From: Vicinamibacterales bacterium
GTDB taxonomy: Bacteria; Acidobacteriota; Vicinamibacteria; Vicinamibacterales; UBA2999
Length of the DNA stretch: 49,672 nucleotides
NCBI GenBank assembly: GCA_039934485.1
Contig: JBDTMB010000001.1
Coordinates: 1-49,672 of the forward strand
Reading direction: 5' to 3'
The position numbers and the translations under genes are program-made. Below are positions 20,046 to 28,158 of this stretch, in pieces (the stretch's first letter is position 1; every line of letters begins with the position of its first letter). A model generated the notes under the pieces. It was not told the origin of the DNA and ran no database searches. It saw only the letters and a list, made by a program, of their open reading frames with translations.

Positions 20046-21090
20046 AAGGAGTCCCCAGAAAGGGCCCAATCGGCGCCGGCGTGAAGCAGAGGATCAAGAT
20101 CAACATCGCCACGCCGGCGAGGATCAAGCGGCCGCGGTCGAGCGGTTCGTGCTCGTCAAGCGTCCGCGGATGACGCGGCCCGATCGTGATGAGCATCACG
20201 AGGAGCATTACCGTCCACGCGATCCAGCTCGATGAGAAAAACGTGAGGCCGACCGCGGCGAGCATCATCACGATCGTGACCGCCGTCGAGCGCTGGCCAA
20301 GCACGGCGTACGAGATATGGCCGCCGTCCAGTTGCGCGATGGGGAACAAGTTGAGCGCCGTCATCAGCAAGCCGAACCAGGCGGCGAAGGCCACCGGGTG
20401 CATGTTGATCGAGTAGCCGTTGGCCACCGTGCCCCAGACCGCCCACGACGCAAAGCGGAAGAGCAGCGGCTCGCCCAGGTTGTAGGTGAATTCGAGAATC
20501 CGCGGATCGGTCGGCAGCGGATCGATGCGCGACATCCAGAGGCCCAGGAAGAGCGCCGGCACGGCCACCACGAATCCCGCCAGCGGGCCGGCGATGCCGA
20601 TGTCGAACAACGCGACCTTGCTGGGAATGCGCGAGCGGATGCGGATGAACGCGCCCAGCGTGCCGGTGAGCGGCAGCGGCGCCGGTAGAAAATACGGACG
20701 CGAGACGTCCACGCCGTAGCGCAGCGCCATCAGGTAGTGGCCCATCTCGTGGCAGCCGAGGATCGCCAGGATGGTCACGCTGTACCAGAGGCCGTGCAGC
20801 ATGAAGACGGGATCGGTGAGTAAGCGTCCGGTCTCGGCGGCCATCATTGCCAGCACCTGGAAGAAGCCGGGCTCCGGCCCGGTCAGTTCAGGGGGCAGTG
20901 ACGCGATGGTTTGAAAATTCAGGTAGTGGCAGCCGCCCACCATCGTGGTCGTCACGAGCGTCAGCGCGAATAACAACCAGTGCCGCCATACCCGATCCGG
21001 GGGCCGTGGCGGTAGTGGGGGAGGGACAAACACCTGCGCGAACCGGTCGTCAGGGAACGACGGGCCGTCAGGCTCGAACGGCTCTTGCAC
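20044..21090 (-). CDS. Site-2 protease family (M50) membrane metalloprotease
   Basis: Multi-TM protein with HEMGHY (HExxH) and the NLFPIAQLDGGH second metal-ligand motif. GTG start 5 nt after the upstream stop. Confidence 0.85.
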   Translation of the reverse strand: MQEPFEPDGPSFPDDRFAQVFVPPPLPPRPPDRVWRHWLLFALTLVTTTMVGGCHYLNFQTIASLPPELTGPEPGFFQVLAMMAAETGRLLTDPVFMLHGLWYSVTILAILGCHEMGHYLMALRYGVDVSRPYFLPAPLPLTGTLGAFIRIRSRIPSKVALFDIGIAGPLAGFVVAVPALFLGLWMSRIDPLPTDPRILEFTYNLGEPLLFRFASWAVWGTVANGYSINMHPVAFAAWFGLLMTALNLFPIAQLDGGHISYAVLGQRSTAVTIVMMLAAVGLTFFSSSWIAWTVMLLVMLITIGPRHPRTLDEHEPLDRGRLILAGVAMLILILCFTPAPIGPFLGTP

Positions 21091-21095
21091 GGGGG

Positions 21096-21365
21096 TTAAC
21101 CGATGTTCTGAAGTTCTTTGCCGGGCTTGAATCGGATGGTCCGCCCGGGCGGGATGCGCACTTCTTTACCCGTCCGAGGATTGCGGCCGATGCCGCGCTT
21201 CCGGGGTTTGACCTGGAACACGCCAAAGCCCCGCAGCTCAATGCGTTCGCCACGTTGCATCGAATGCCGCATGGCTTCGAACACCGCGTCTACGGCCAGC
21301 TCGGCCTTCACCTTGGTGACGTCTGCCACCCGGGAAACCTCGTTTACGATGTCGACCTTGATCAT
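21096..21365 (-). CDS. HU/IHF family DNA-binding protein (IHF-beta-like)
   Basis: 89 aa with RGFGVFQVKPRKRGIGRNPRTGKEVRIPPGRTIRFKPGKEL, the beta-arm signature of the HU/IHF family. Confidence 0.9.
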   Translation of the reverse strand: MIKVDIVNEVSRVADVTKVKAELAVDAVFEAMRHSMQRGERIELRGFGVFQVKPRKRGIGRNPRTGKEVRIPPGRTIRFKPGKELQNIG

Positions 21366-21529
21366 GGGCTCTGGTGCACTGGCGATCAGTGTAACTAGCT
21401 TAATTCAGAGGACTTATGCTGTCAAACGGTTAAGTGCTTTATCTGGATGTATTTATAGGCCGATCTGTGAAGAAATGCCGCCGCCCGGGCGCTTTAAGCC
21501 CTTGTACCCCGGTAAGATAGAAGGAAATC

Positions 21530-23032
21530 GTGGCTCAGAAACATTTAGCGCAAGTCGTACTGGTCGGCCGACCCAATGTCGGCAAGTCCACGCTCTTCAA
21601 TCGGATAAGCGGAGCGCGACGGTCGATCGTGACCAATATCGCCGGCACCACCCGCGACGTGATCACGCATCCGGTGAAGTGGGAGGACGCGAAGTTCGAC
21701 CTCACCGATACGGGCGGCCTCTTTGGCGCGAGCGAAGATCCCTTGCACGAGCTGGTGGTGGCGCGCGGGCAGCGTGCGCTCGCGTCGGCGGACTTGATCG
21801 TGATGGTGGTCGATGGCCGCGAGGGCCTGATCCCCGGCGACCAGGAAATTGCGGCCGCGGCCCGCGAGACCGGCAAGCCGATCATCCTCGCGATCAACAA
21901 GATGGACGATCGCCGCGCCCGCGCCGGCGCGCTCGAGCTCTATCGCATGGGGTTCGATCACGTCTTCGAGATCAGCGCCGAGCACGGACACTCGGTCGGC
22001 GATCTGCTGGATCGGATCGTCGAGCACCTGCCGCAAAGCGTGTCGCAGCCGGCAGCGGATGAAGACGGGGAAGAAACGGAAGCCGAAGACACGGCGTCGC
22101 GTGATGGCCGCCCCGATGAAACGGCGATCGCGATCGTCGGCCGGCCCAACGCCGGCAAGTCGTCGCTGGTCAATCGCCTGTTGAAGGCCGAGCGGATGAT
22201 CGTGTCGGACGTGCCCGGCACCACGCGCGACTCGGTCGATTCGATCCTCACCTGGCACAAACGCCAGTTCCGCATCGTCGACACCGCCGGCATTCGCCGT
22301 CCCGGCAAGGTCTCCAAGTCTGGACAGGTCGAGACGGTGAGCGTGATGCTGGCCGAGCGCGCGATCGAGCGCGCGGACGTCGTCGTGATCGTCATCGACG
22401 CCACCCTGGGCCCCACCGATCAGGATGGCGCGATTGCCGGGGCCGCGCAGGATGCCGGCCGCGGCATCATCGTCGCCGCCAACAAGTGGGACCTGATGAA
22501 GGACCAGGGGGACGACGCGGCCAAGAAGTGGGACGAGAACCTGCGCTATCAACTCAAGTTCCTCGACTTCGCCCCGATCCTGCACATCTCCGCGGTCACC
22601 GGCGAGCGCACGCCGAAGCTGCTCGAGGTGGTGGACAAGGTGGCCATCGCGGGACGCGTGCGGATCGGCACCGGCGAATTGAACCGGTTCATCGAGAAGG
22701 TGACGACCTCGTCGCCGCCGGTCACCGCGGGCACCCGCAACGTGCGCGTGATGTACGCGTCGCAGACCAGCGTGGCGCCGCCGACGTTTGTCCTCTTCAC
22801 CAACGCCAAGACCAAGCTGCATTTCTCGTACGAGCGGTTCTTGGTCAACCGCTTGCGCGAGACCTACGGGTTCTTCGGTAATCCGATTCGCATCCAGGTC
22901 CGTGGGCGCGAGGATACGCGTAGCGATCGCCCGAAGGCGCGGGAAGACGAGAAGAAGAAGGGGCGGGCGGCGGTGCGGCGCGCGCCCCAACGCGCGCCCA
23001 AGAAGGCGAAGCCGAGGCGGGCGGACCGCTAG
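21530..23032 (+). CDS. der: Ribosome-biogenesis GTPase Der (EngA) with a basic C-terminal extension
   Basis: Two G domains (GRPNVGKST...DTGG; GRPNAGKSS...DTAG...NKWD) plus a KH-like domain. The last ~45 aa are Lys/Arg-rich. GTG start. Confidence 0.92.
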   Translation: MAQKHLAQVVLVGRPNVGKSTLFNRISGARRSIVTNIAGTTRDVITHPVKWEDAKFDLTDTGGLFGASEDPLHELVVARGQRALASADLIVMVVDGREGLIPGDQEIAAAARETGKPIILAINKMDDRRARAGALELYRMGFDHVFEISAEHGHSVGDLLDRIVEHLPQSVSQPAADEDGEETEAEDTASRDGRPDETAIAIVGRPNAGKSSLVNRLLKAERMIVSDVPGTTRDSVDSILTWHKRQFRIVDTAGIRRPGKVSKSGQVETVSVMLAERAIERADVVVIVIDATLGPTDQDGAIAGAAQDAGRGIIVAANKWDLMKDQGDDAAKKWDENLRYQLKFLDFAPILHISAVTGERTPKLLEVVDKVAIAGRVRIGTGELNRFIEKVTTSSPPVTAGTRNVRVMYASQTSVAPPTFVLFTNAKTKLHFSYERFLVNRLRETYGFFGNPIRIQVRGREDTRSDRPKAREDEKKKGRAAVRRAPQRAPKKAKPRRADR

Positions 23033-23069
23033 CCTCTGCGTGTTATACTCCCGGGTGGAAACTGCCTCG

Positions 23070-23486
23070 ATGGCCGCACCGAAGCGCGAGCTCTTCAAAG
23101 CCGCGGAAGTCTGCGAAGTGGTGCAGGTGCAGCCGTATGTGCTTCGATCGTGGGAGGCGGAATTCCCGCAGATCGGCCACGTGCCGGCCGGCGGTGGCGC
23201 GCGGGTCTACCGGCGCGTGGACGTCGAGCTGGTCCTCCGGATCAAGCAGCTGGTGTTCGACGAGGGCCTCACGCTCTCCGGGGCCAAGCGCCGGTTGGAT
23301 GAAGACAGCGGGACCAGCGAGGACGCGGTGGAAGTGGGAGAGATGCTGGGTGATCGCGTGCGGGATCGGCTGAAGCATGTGAAGACCGGGTTGCAGTCGA
23401 TTTTGCAGCTCCTGTCGCACGATGGGCATCACGCCGGTGAGTTACAGTTGGTGCCGCCGACGCCGAAGAAGAAGGGTAAGAAGTAA
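23070..23486 (+). CDS. MerR family transcriptional regulator
   Basis: The N-terminal HTH FKAAEVCEVVQVQPYVLRSWEAEFPQI...YRRVDVELVLRIKQLVFDEGLTLSGAKRRL matches the MerR wing-helix pattern. Start re-set to ATG 23070; the ORF-track start 22788 overlaps der. Confidence 0.8.
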   Translation: MAAPKRELFKAAEVCEVVQVQPYVLRSWEAEFPQIGHVPAGGGARVYRRVDVELVLRIKQLVFDEGLTLSGAKRRLDEDSGTSEDAVEVGEMLGDRVRDRLKHVKTGLQSILQLLSHDGHHAGELQLVPPTPKKKGKK

Positions 23487-23550
23487 GACCTGTTGGCTGA
23501 AGACCCCGTAGCCTGCAGTCTGAGGCCCGAAGTCCGACGAGAGTCAGCGT

Positions 23551-23627
23551 CGGGATGTAGCGTAGCCTGGTAGCGCGCCTGCTTGGGGTGCAGGAGGTCC
23601 CGAGTTCGAATCTCGGCATCCCGACCA
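23551..23627 (+). tRNA. tRNA-Pro: tRNA-Pro (anticodon GGG)
   Basis: The cloverleaf can be drawn by hand. Acceptor CGGGATG/CATCCCG. Anticodon stem CCTGC/GCAGG with loop TTGGGGT (anticodon GGG). T-arm CCGAG-TTCGAAT-CTCGG. Encoded CCA. Confidence 0.9.
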
Positions 23628-23628
23628 A
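23583..23628 (+). repeat. att direct repeat (tRNA-proximal copy), 46 bp
   Basis: TTGGGGTGCAGGAGGTCCCGAGTTCGAATCTCGGCATCCCGACCAA is identical to 36120-36165. Confidence 0.9.
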
Positions 23629-23668
23629 TTTTCGCCCCCGCGTTTGCAACGAGATTGCAACGGAATCC

Positions 23669-23698
23669 AAAAAGGGTGCCCCTGCGGCACCCTTTTTC
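23669..23698. terminator. Rho-independent (bidirectional) terminator hairpin
   Basis: AAAA-AGGGTGCC-CCTGC-GGCACCCT-TTTT: a perfect 8-bp stem and 5-nt loop, flanked by A-run and T-run, 40 nt downstream of the tRNA. Confidence 0.7.
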
Positions 23699-23730
23699 GT
23701 CGCCAAAAACAGTCACGGAGGGGTCAGGGC

Positions 23731-24069
23731 ATGGCGCGAAAGACGGCGGACGAACGCAGTCAGGAGCGAGCCGATGCGGAGGCCCGGTGCTGGGAGGCAT
23801 TCAGGCCCAAGCTGGCGGCTCTTAACACCTTCGACGACGCTGTAAAGCTCGTAGGGCAGGCTCCGCCCCAAGGAGCCCCTGGCCGAGCCTTTTATTCAAA
23901 TCTCGGATTCTTTCTACACTCGTCGTTCGACGTGCCCGGCGGTTCGAATAACACCGAGCGTGCGTTGTATCTTCAGTTTATCCAACGCTTGGATGCGGCG
24001 GGAGCTCTTAAGCCGGGTGCTCGCGAACGCATTGAGCGCACTCTCCGAGCTTCTATTAACCATCTGTAA
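23731..24069 (+). CDS. Hypothetical protein (island cargo)
   Basis: 112 aa from ATG 23731, with GGAG at 23717-23720. No recognisable motif. Confidence 0.5.
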   Translation: MARKTADERSQERADAEARCWEAFRPKLAALNTFDDAVKLVGQAPPQGAPGRAFYSNLGFFLHSSFDVPGGSNNTERALYLQFIQRLDAAGALKPGARERIERTLRASINHL

Positions 24070-24093
24070 GCGGCGGAGTCTGAGGCACATGAG

Positions 24094-24402
24094 ATGATCC
24101 GTGGCGCGGTTGCGTTGGTTGCTGTCCTCGTGGCCCGATTCATTCTCGCTGTCCTCATCGGCTGGGTGGCCAATCGGCGCAACGCGTCTTGGACGCACGT
24201 GGCATGTGTCGCCAACACCTTTATTCTCGCCAGTGTCGTTTTGATGATCGATGAGTTCAGAGACGATGGACTGACTCTGTATAGCGCCTTCTACGCGATT
24301 CTCATGGTTTGGTTAGCCTATGCAGCTGCGAAGGGCGGCAACATCGGGTATCTGGCAATTAAGGCAAATCAGACGAGTCGAGCTGAACAGAAGCAGCCGT
24401 GA
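24094..24402 (+). CDS. Hypothetical membrane protein (about 3 TM helices)
   Basis: 102 aa with hydrophobic stretches AVALVAVLVARFILAVLIGWV, VANTFILASVVLMI and SAFYAILMVWLAYAA. Lower-G+C codon usage. Confidence 0.55.
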   Translation: MIRGAVALVAVLVARFILAVLIGWVANRRNASWTHVACVANTFILASVVLMIDEFRDDGLTLYSAFYAILMVWLAYAAAKGGNIGYLAIKANQTSRAEQKQP

Positions 24403-24445
24403 GCGGTTACCCGGTGAACTAAGGCATTGGGCCACGCTTACGATT

Positions 24446-25054
24446 TCACCGTGGGTTGGCCTCCCTGATCTTCGTGGCAATGCGGGCGACGAACTCACGA
24501 ATCATCTTCCCGGCCTGATCGCGCAGACTACTGCCACCACTAAGAAGGCCATTCTCGCTGAGCAGAACGATCTTCGCTGAAGACACGTTCACGGCCACAG
24601 CGTTAGCGCCAGACGTAAATAAGCCGAGTGGACCCTCAAGCTGGACATTCTGATGGTTAAGGATGGCGTTACCAAACGGCGACTCGGTTTCCAACTCGAC
24701 CCGGATGGCGGCAACGCATTGTTTGCCAGACGTCTGAATCATCATGGCGTTAACGATCAGGTCCGGGTTATCGAACGATGATTTTTCTTCGATCAACTGC
24801 TCCCGCAGTTGATCGACGGCTGCGCGGATCAATTCTTCGCCTGAGAGTCCACAGTATTCCGACTTGATGTCATTCCTGATGGGTTTCTCGGGCCAATCAA
24901 TCGAGTAGAGGACAGCGACACTGTCGATCCCCTTCAGCGAGTTTTTTATTCCGGTCACACGCCATGTCGCCTGCTGTTGCGCCGCCACAGTGGCCGAAGC
25001 GAAGCAGGCTGCAGTCAGAGTCAAAAGAAATGGGGCCTTGAAGCTGTTTCGCAT
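24446..25054 (-). CDS. Hypothetical secreted protein (signal peptide)
   Basis: The N-terminus MRNSFKAPFLLTLTAACFASATVAAQQ looks like a Sec signal peptide. ATG at 25054 (the ORF-track TTG start is at 25060). It begins ~20 nt downstream of the methyltransferase stop on the same strand. Confidence 0.6.
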   Translation of the reverse strand: MRNSFKAPFLLTLTAACFASATVAAQQQATWRVTGIKNSLKGIDSVAVLYSIDWPEKPIRNDIKSEYCGLSGEELIRAAVDQLREQLIEEKSSFDNPDLIVNAMMIQTSGKQCVAAIRVELETESPFGNAILNHQNVQLEGPLGLFTSGANAVAVNVSSAKIVLLSENGLLSGGSSLRDQAGKMIREFVARIATKIREANPR

Positions 25055-25074
25055 TTTCAAATCCAGGGGAACGA

Positions 25075-26163
25075 TTAAGCGAACAGCTTGCCGTGTTCGG
25101 AGGCCGATTTCGCTCGCTCTGGCTTCTGGCTCTCGTCACCGCTGGCGATTTCGAGGAGTGTATCGAAGTGGCCAAAGCGTGTCAGGTCTACAGCATCGCC
25201 ACCGTGGAGCATTCGATACAGCTCGCGCATGACTTCAACGTCTGTATCCTTCTTCAGGAAACGGAATGCCGAAGCGGCGACGTAGTCTCGGCTCTCATCG
25301 AACGCGAGCCACTGACGCTTTTCAGCCTCTGCGACCCAGCCAGTTGTGTTGGAGCCAGCGAAGATATCGACGACCAAGTCCCCCGGCTCCGTCAGCATCC
25401 GTATGAAGAACTGAGGCAGTCGCGCAGGGAATCTGGCCGGGTGCTGGACGGCTCCAACCGCCTTGCACCCGCTGAGGTACTGCCCATTCGATTCGGAGTT
25501 CGGAATCTCCAGCAGGTTCGACGGTATCGCGCCGCCGTTATCCGTACCAAAGCTCTTGCCGATGTCGTGCCCTGACGGTCGCTTCTTTGGTTTGTAGAAG
25601 CCCTCTGGATCGGCCAACAGCTTCCGCATGCGGTCACTGTACTCAACCAGGACTTTGGAGACATTCGCCTTGGGCCATTCCGTCTTGCTGAACCACCAGA
25701 CCGTGTTCACGGAATCCTTAGCGCGCATCTTGCGCTTGTTGACCCATTCAATAGGGCTCGGCAACTTCGACGGGTTGAACCAGTAAAAATCTTCGGCGAG
25801 GAAGAAGCCGATGTCGTCGCAAAACTCGACCAGCACCCGAAAGTTATACAGGCTTCGGGCAGGGGTGCCCTTTTGGTACGCCCCTCCAAGGTCGAGTACG
25901 AAGCTCCCGTCCGGCGCCAGCTTTTGGCGAACCAGCCGTCCGAACTCCTTCAGCCAATCAACGTATTCGTGCTGGTCCTTGTTCCCGTACGTCTTCTGCC
26001 GTAGCAGGGCGAACGGCGGACTCGTCATCACAAGATTGACTGAATCGTCTGGTAACGCCGCAAGCAGCGTCCTCGAATCGCCGCAGAACGCTGAACCCGA
26101 GGCCGTCGTGTAGGCGAGCATCGAGTCCGGCAGGTGTTTCCGCCAAGCTTCGCTGTTGGTCAA
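25075..26163 (-). CDS. Beta-class N4-cytosine DNA methyltransferase, M.PvuII-like
   Basis: Motif IV TSPPF near the N-terminus (VNLVMTSPPFALL) and motif I DIFAGSNTTG near the C-terminus, which is the beta-class order. It is divergent from a C-protein gene and a PvuII-like endonuclease gene. Start is either TTG 26163 or ATG 26121. Confidence 0.85.
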   Translation of the reverse strand: MTNSEAWRKHLPDSMLAYTTASGSAFCGDSRTLLAALPDDSVNLVMTSPPFALLRQKTYGNKDQHEYVDWLKEFGRLVRQKLAPDGSFVLDLGGAYQKGTPARSLYNFRVLVEFCDDIGFFLAEDFYWFNPSKLPSPIEWVNKRKMRAKDSVNTVWWFSKTEWPKANVSKVLVEYSDRMRKLLADPEGFYKPKKRPSGHDIGKSFGTDNGGAIPSNLLEIPNSESNGQYLSGCKAVGAVQHPARFPARLPQFFIRMLTEPGDLVVDIFAGSNTTGWVAEAEKRQWLAFDESRDYVAASAFRFLKKDTDVEVMRELYRMLHGGDAVDLTRFGHFDTLLEIASGDESQKPERAKSASEHGKLFA

Positions 26164-26187
26164 CGGTCGTCCCTTTCGCCGAAAAGC

Positions 26188-26214
26188 TACTTTAAGTCTG
26201 TAGACGTATCGTCG
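26188..26214 (+). promoter_or_regulatory. Putative C-box operator in the M / C-R divergent intergenic region
   Basis: Two imperfect dyads, ACTTTAAGT (26189-26197) and GACGTATCGTC (26203-26213), flank a central CTGTA. The site is ~21 nt upstream of the C-gene start. Confidence 0.5.
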
Positions 26215-26234
26215 TCAACGGCCCGATTATTCGG

Positions 26235-26459
26235 GTGTTGAAGCGACCAGCAGCTCGAAAGATTTTCGCACAGAATGTCCGCGAGCGGCGCTCGAAACTT
26301 GGGCTGTCGCAAGAGGAACTTGCTGCACGCGCATCCATCCACCGCACCTACATTGGCTCCATCGAGCGCGCTGAGCGAAATGTTTCCATCGACAACATGG
26401 AAAAAATTGCAACAGCGCTGGGAACCACGCTTTCAGCGCTCTTGGCAGCCCGCGAATGA
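26235..26459 (+). CDS. Controller (C) protein, XRE-family HTH
   Basis: 74 aa with [38 protein letters not shown], a classic C-protein/Xre HTH. Its stop overlaps the endonuclease start (ATGA). Confidence 0.85.
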   Translation: MLKRPAARKIFAQNVRERRSKLGLSQEELAARASIHRTYIGSIERAERNVSIDNMEKIATALGTTLSALLAARE

Positions 26460-27040
26460 CGGAACTCGAAGAGCTGCAGGCGCTGTTTCCCAGCATTCGC
26501 AAATACCAGGAGCTTGCAACTCGTCACGGGATCAACGACATTTTCCAGGACAACGGCGGGAAGCTCCTGCAGGTGCTGCTTATAACGGGCCTGAAGAACC
26601 TCAAGGGGCGAGAAGGCAACGACGCAATCGACGAGGATGGCAACGAGTTCGAGCTGAAGTCTGTAAATCTGAGCCTGACGGCAAGCTTTTCAACACACCA
26701 CCATCTCAATCCCGTCATCCTCGAAAAGTATCGAGCCGTTGAAGCTTGGTATTTCGCCGTCTATCTCGGAATTGAGTTGCAGGTGATTTACCGGATGCCC
26801 CCCAACCTGCTAGAGCCGTACTTCCAGAAATGGGAAGAGAAGTGGAAGATATCTGGTGATATCAACAACCCGAAGATTCCGGTCAAGTTCGTCGTGACGC
26901 ATGGGACCGTGATCTACCAAGCGCCGACCGGCCCGGTCGTGGAGCGCGTCGAGAAGATTGTCGAGGCGGTTGACAAGCGTGACGCCTCCGAAGTCGTTGA
27001 CGCACTCAGGGAGCGACTGGAAAACAAACGGAAAAAATAG
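26456..27040 (+). CDS. Type II restriction endonuclease, R.PvuII-like
   Basis: Long near-identical blocks to R.PvuII as I recall it: [54 protein letters not shown]. It carries an extra ~37-aa C-terminal tail. Confidence 0.88.
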   Translation: MTELEELQALFPSIRKYQELATRHGINDIFQDNGGKLLQVLLITGLKNLKGREGNDAIDEDGNEFELKSVNLSLTASFSTHHHLNPVILEKYRAVEAWYFAVYLGIELQVIYRMPPNLLEPYFQKWEEKWKISGDINNPKIPVKFVVTHGTVIYQAPTGPVVERVEKIVEAVDKRDASEVVDALRERLENKRKK

Positions 27041-27045
27041 CCGCC

Positions 27046-27270
27046 ATGGAAAGACGGGCCGTGCAGTCCTCAATGATTCGGTCTTGGGCCTTCGACGAGC
27101 CATCGGGTATTTTGGAGCTTGAGTTCACGAACGGCCGCATCTACCAGTACACGAACGTGCCGGAGTTCTTGGCGAAGGGCTTCGATGTGGCCGCATCTAA
27201 GGGACAGTATTTCCAGTCGCGAATTGACGGCCGCTACGCAGCCCAAGAGGTTCGCCAGGATTCGCGGTGA
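27046..27270 (+). CDS. KTSC domain-containing protein
   Basis: 74 aa. The sequence VQSSMIRSWAFDEPSGILELEFTNGRIYQYTNVPEFLAKGFDVAASKGQYFQSRI fits the KTSC domain pattern (S..I....YD....L.V.F..G..Y.Y..VP......L..A.S.G.YF...I). Confidence 0.7.
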   Translation: MERRAVQSSMIRSWAFDEPSGILELEFTNGRIYQYTNVPEFLAKGFDVAASKGQYFQSRIDGRYAAQEVRQDSR

Positions 27271-27809
27271 TGGACATACCTACTTTGTCGCTAGTAGTCG
27301 CGGCCTTGGCAGTATTCGTCGGCCCGATCATTTCATGGAGCATCGCTAAGCGCCAGATCCGCGCCGCCGCTCAACTCGCCACTACCCAGATCCACTCTTC
27401 CCTGGAGGCATCAAACAAACAAATCATCGCGCCCATGAGACAGTCGTGGATCAATAACTTGCGCGATCTATTGGCGGAGCTCGTAAGCAGCTCCCTCCAT
27501 TACTACACGGCTGGCTTCGAGGATCGGACAGACAAGGAATATCAGCGCGTAGTCTTCCTGGAATCTAAGGTCCAACTGATGCTCAACCCAAATGAGGAGG
27601 ATCACAAAAATCTAGAACAGTTGATCCGCAGAATGGTTGGAGCCATTCAGTACCGCAAGGGCGAGCCCGATCCGTTTCCAGATCTACACACCGAGGTGCT
27701 TACCCTGTCCCGCGCCATTCTCAAGAGGGAATGGGACCGTGTGAAAGAACCGATCCCAGTTCTGACGTTGGATCAAGATGCTTCCCTAGTGCGCCGGAAT
27801 CCGCGTTGA
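27267..27809 (+). CDS. Hypothetical single-pass membrane protein
   Basis: 180 aa, with an N-terminal TM helix (IPTLSLVVAALAVFVGPIISWSI) followed by a helical soluble region. Its start (GTG 27267 / ATG 27270) overlaps the KTSC stop. Confidence 0.6.
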   Translation: MMDIPTLSLVVAALAVFVGPIISWSIAKRQIRAAAQLATTQIHSSLEASNKQIIAPMRQSWINNLRDLLAELVSSSLHYYTAGFEDRTDKEYQRVVFLESKVQLMLNPNEEDHKNLEQLIRRMVGAIQYRKGEPDPFPDLHTEVLTLSRAILKREWDRVKEPIPVLTLDQDASLVRRNPR

Positions 27810-27824
27810 AGGGGCGGACTGTTC

Positions 27825-28091
27825 ATGGCCCCAACAGTTCAGCTATTGCTCGACCGGTTCATCGCCAAGCTACTGGAAAACATGGAGAGAGACAACGACT
27901 CGGACTACGGGGCCGTGTCTGCCGTGCGAATGGCAATCGAGCACCTCACCTCTGCGGAGCTTAGCCGCGAGCTAAATCTCAGTCAGCGCCAAGCCTTGTG
28001 GAGCGGCATTCAGGACTTGGACATGGGTAGTGACGGCGAAGACCTTGAGCTGGGCAAGGAGGGTCTCATCGATTTGATTCGCGGCCTGTAA
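27825..28091 (+). CDS. Hypothetical small acidic protein
   Basis: 88 aa ORF, 15 nt after the previous stop on the same strand. No recognisable motif. Confidence 0.5.
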   Translation: MAPTVQLLLDRFIAKLLENMERDNDSDYGAVSAVRMAIEHLTSAELSRELNLSQRQALWSGIQDLDMGSDGEDLELGKEGLIDLIRGL

Positions 28092-28158
28092 CTCCATCGA
28101 TGTCACTAGGCCGCGATACGTTCGAACCTCATAACGAATGCCGTTGCCCTGCGAAGAG

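Noticed and set aside
21366-21529. Possible small RNA or riboswitch in the A+T-richer 164-bp gap between the HU/IHF gene and der
   Set aside because: No conserved riboswitch or sRNA signature or stable extended structure is recognisable by eye. It is most simply a pair of divergent promoters. It would need covariance-model scanning (Rfam) to say more.
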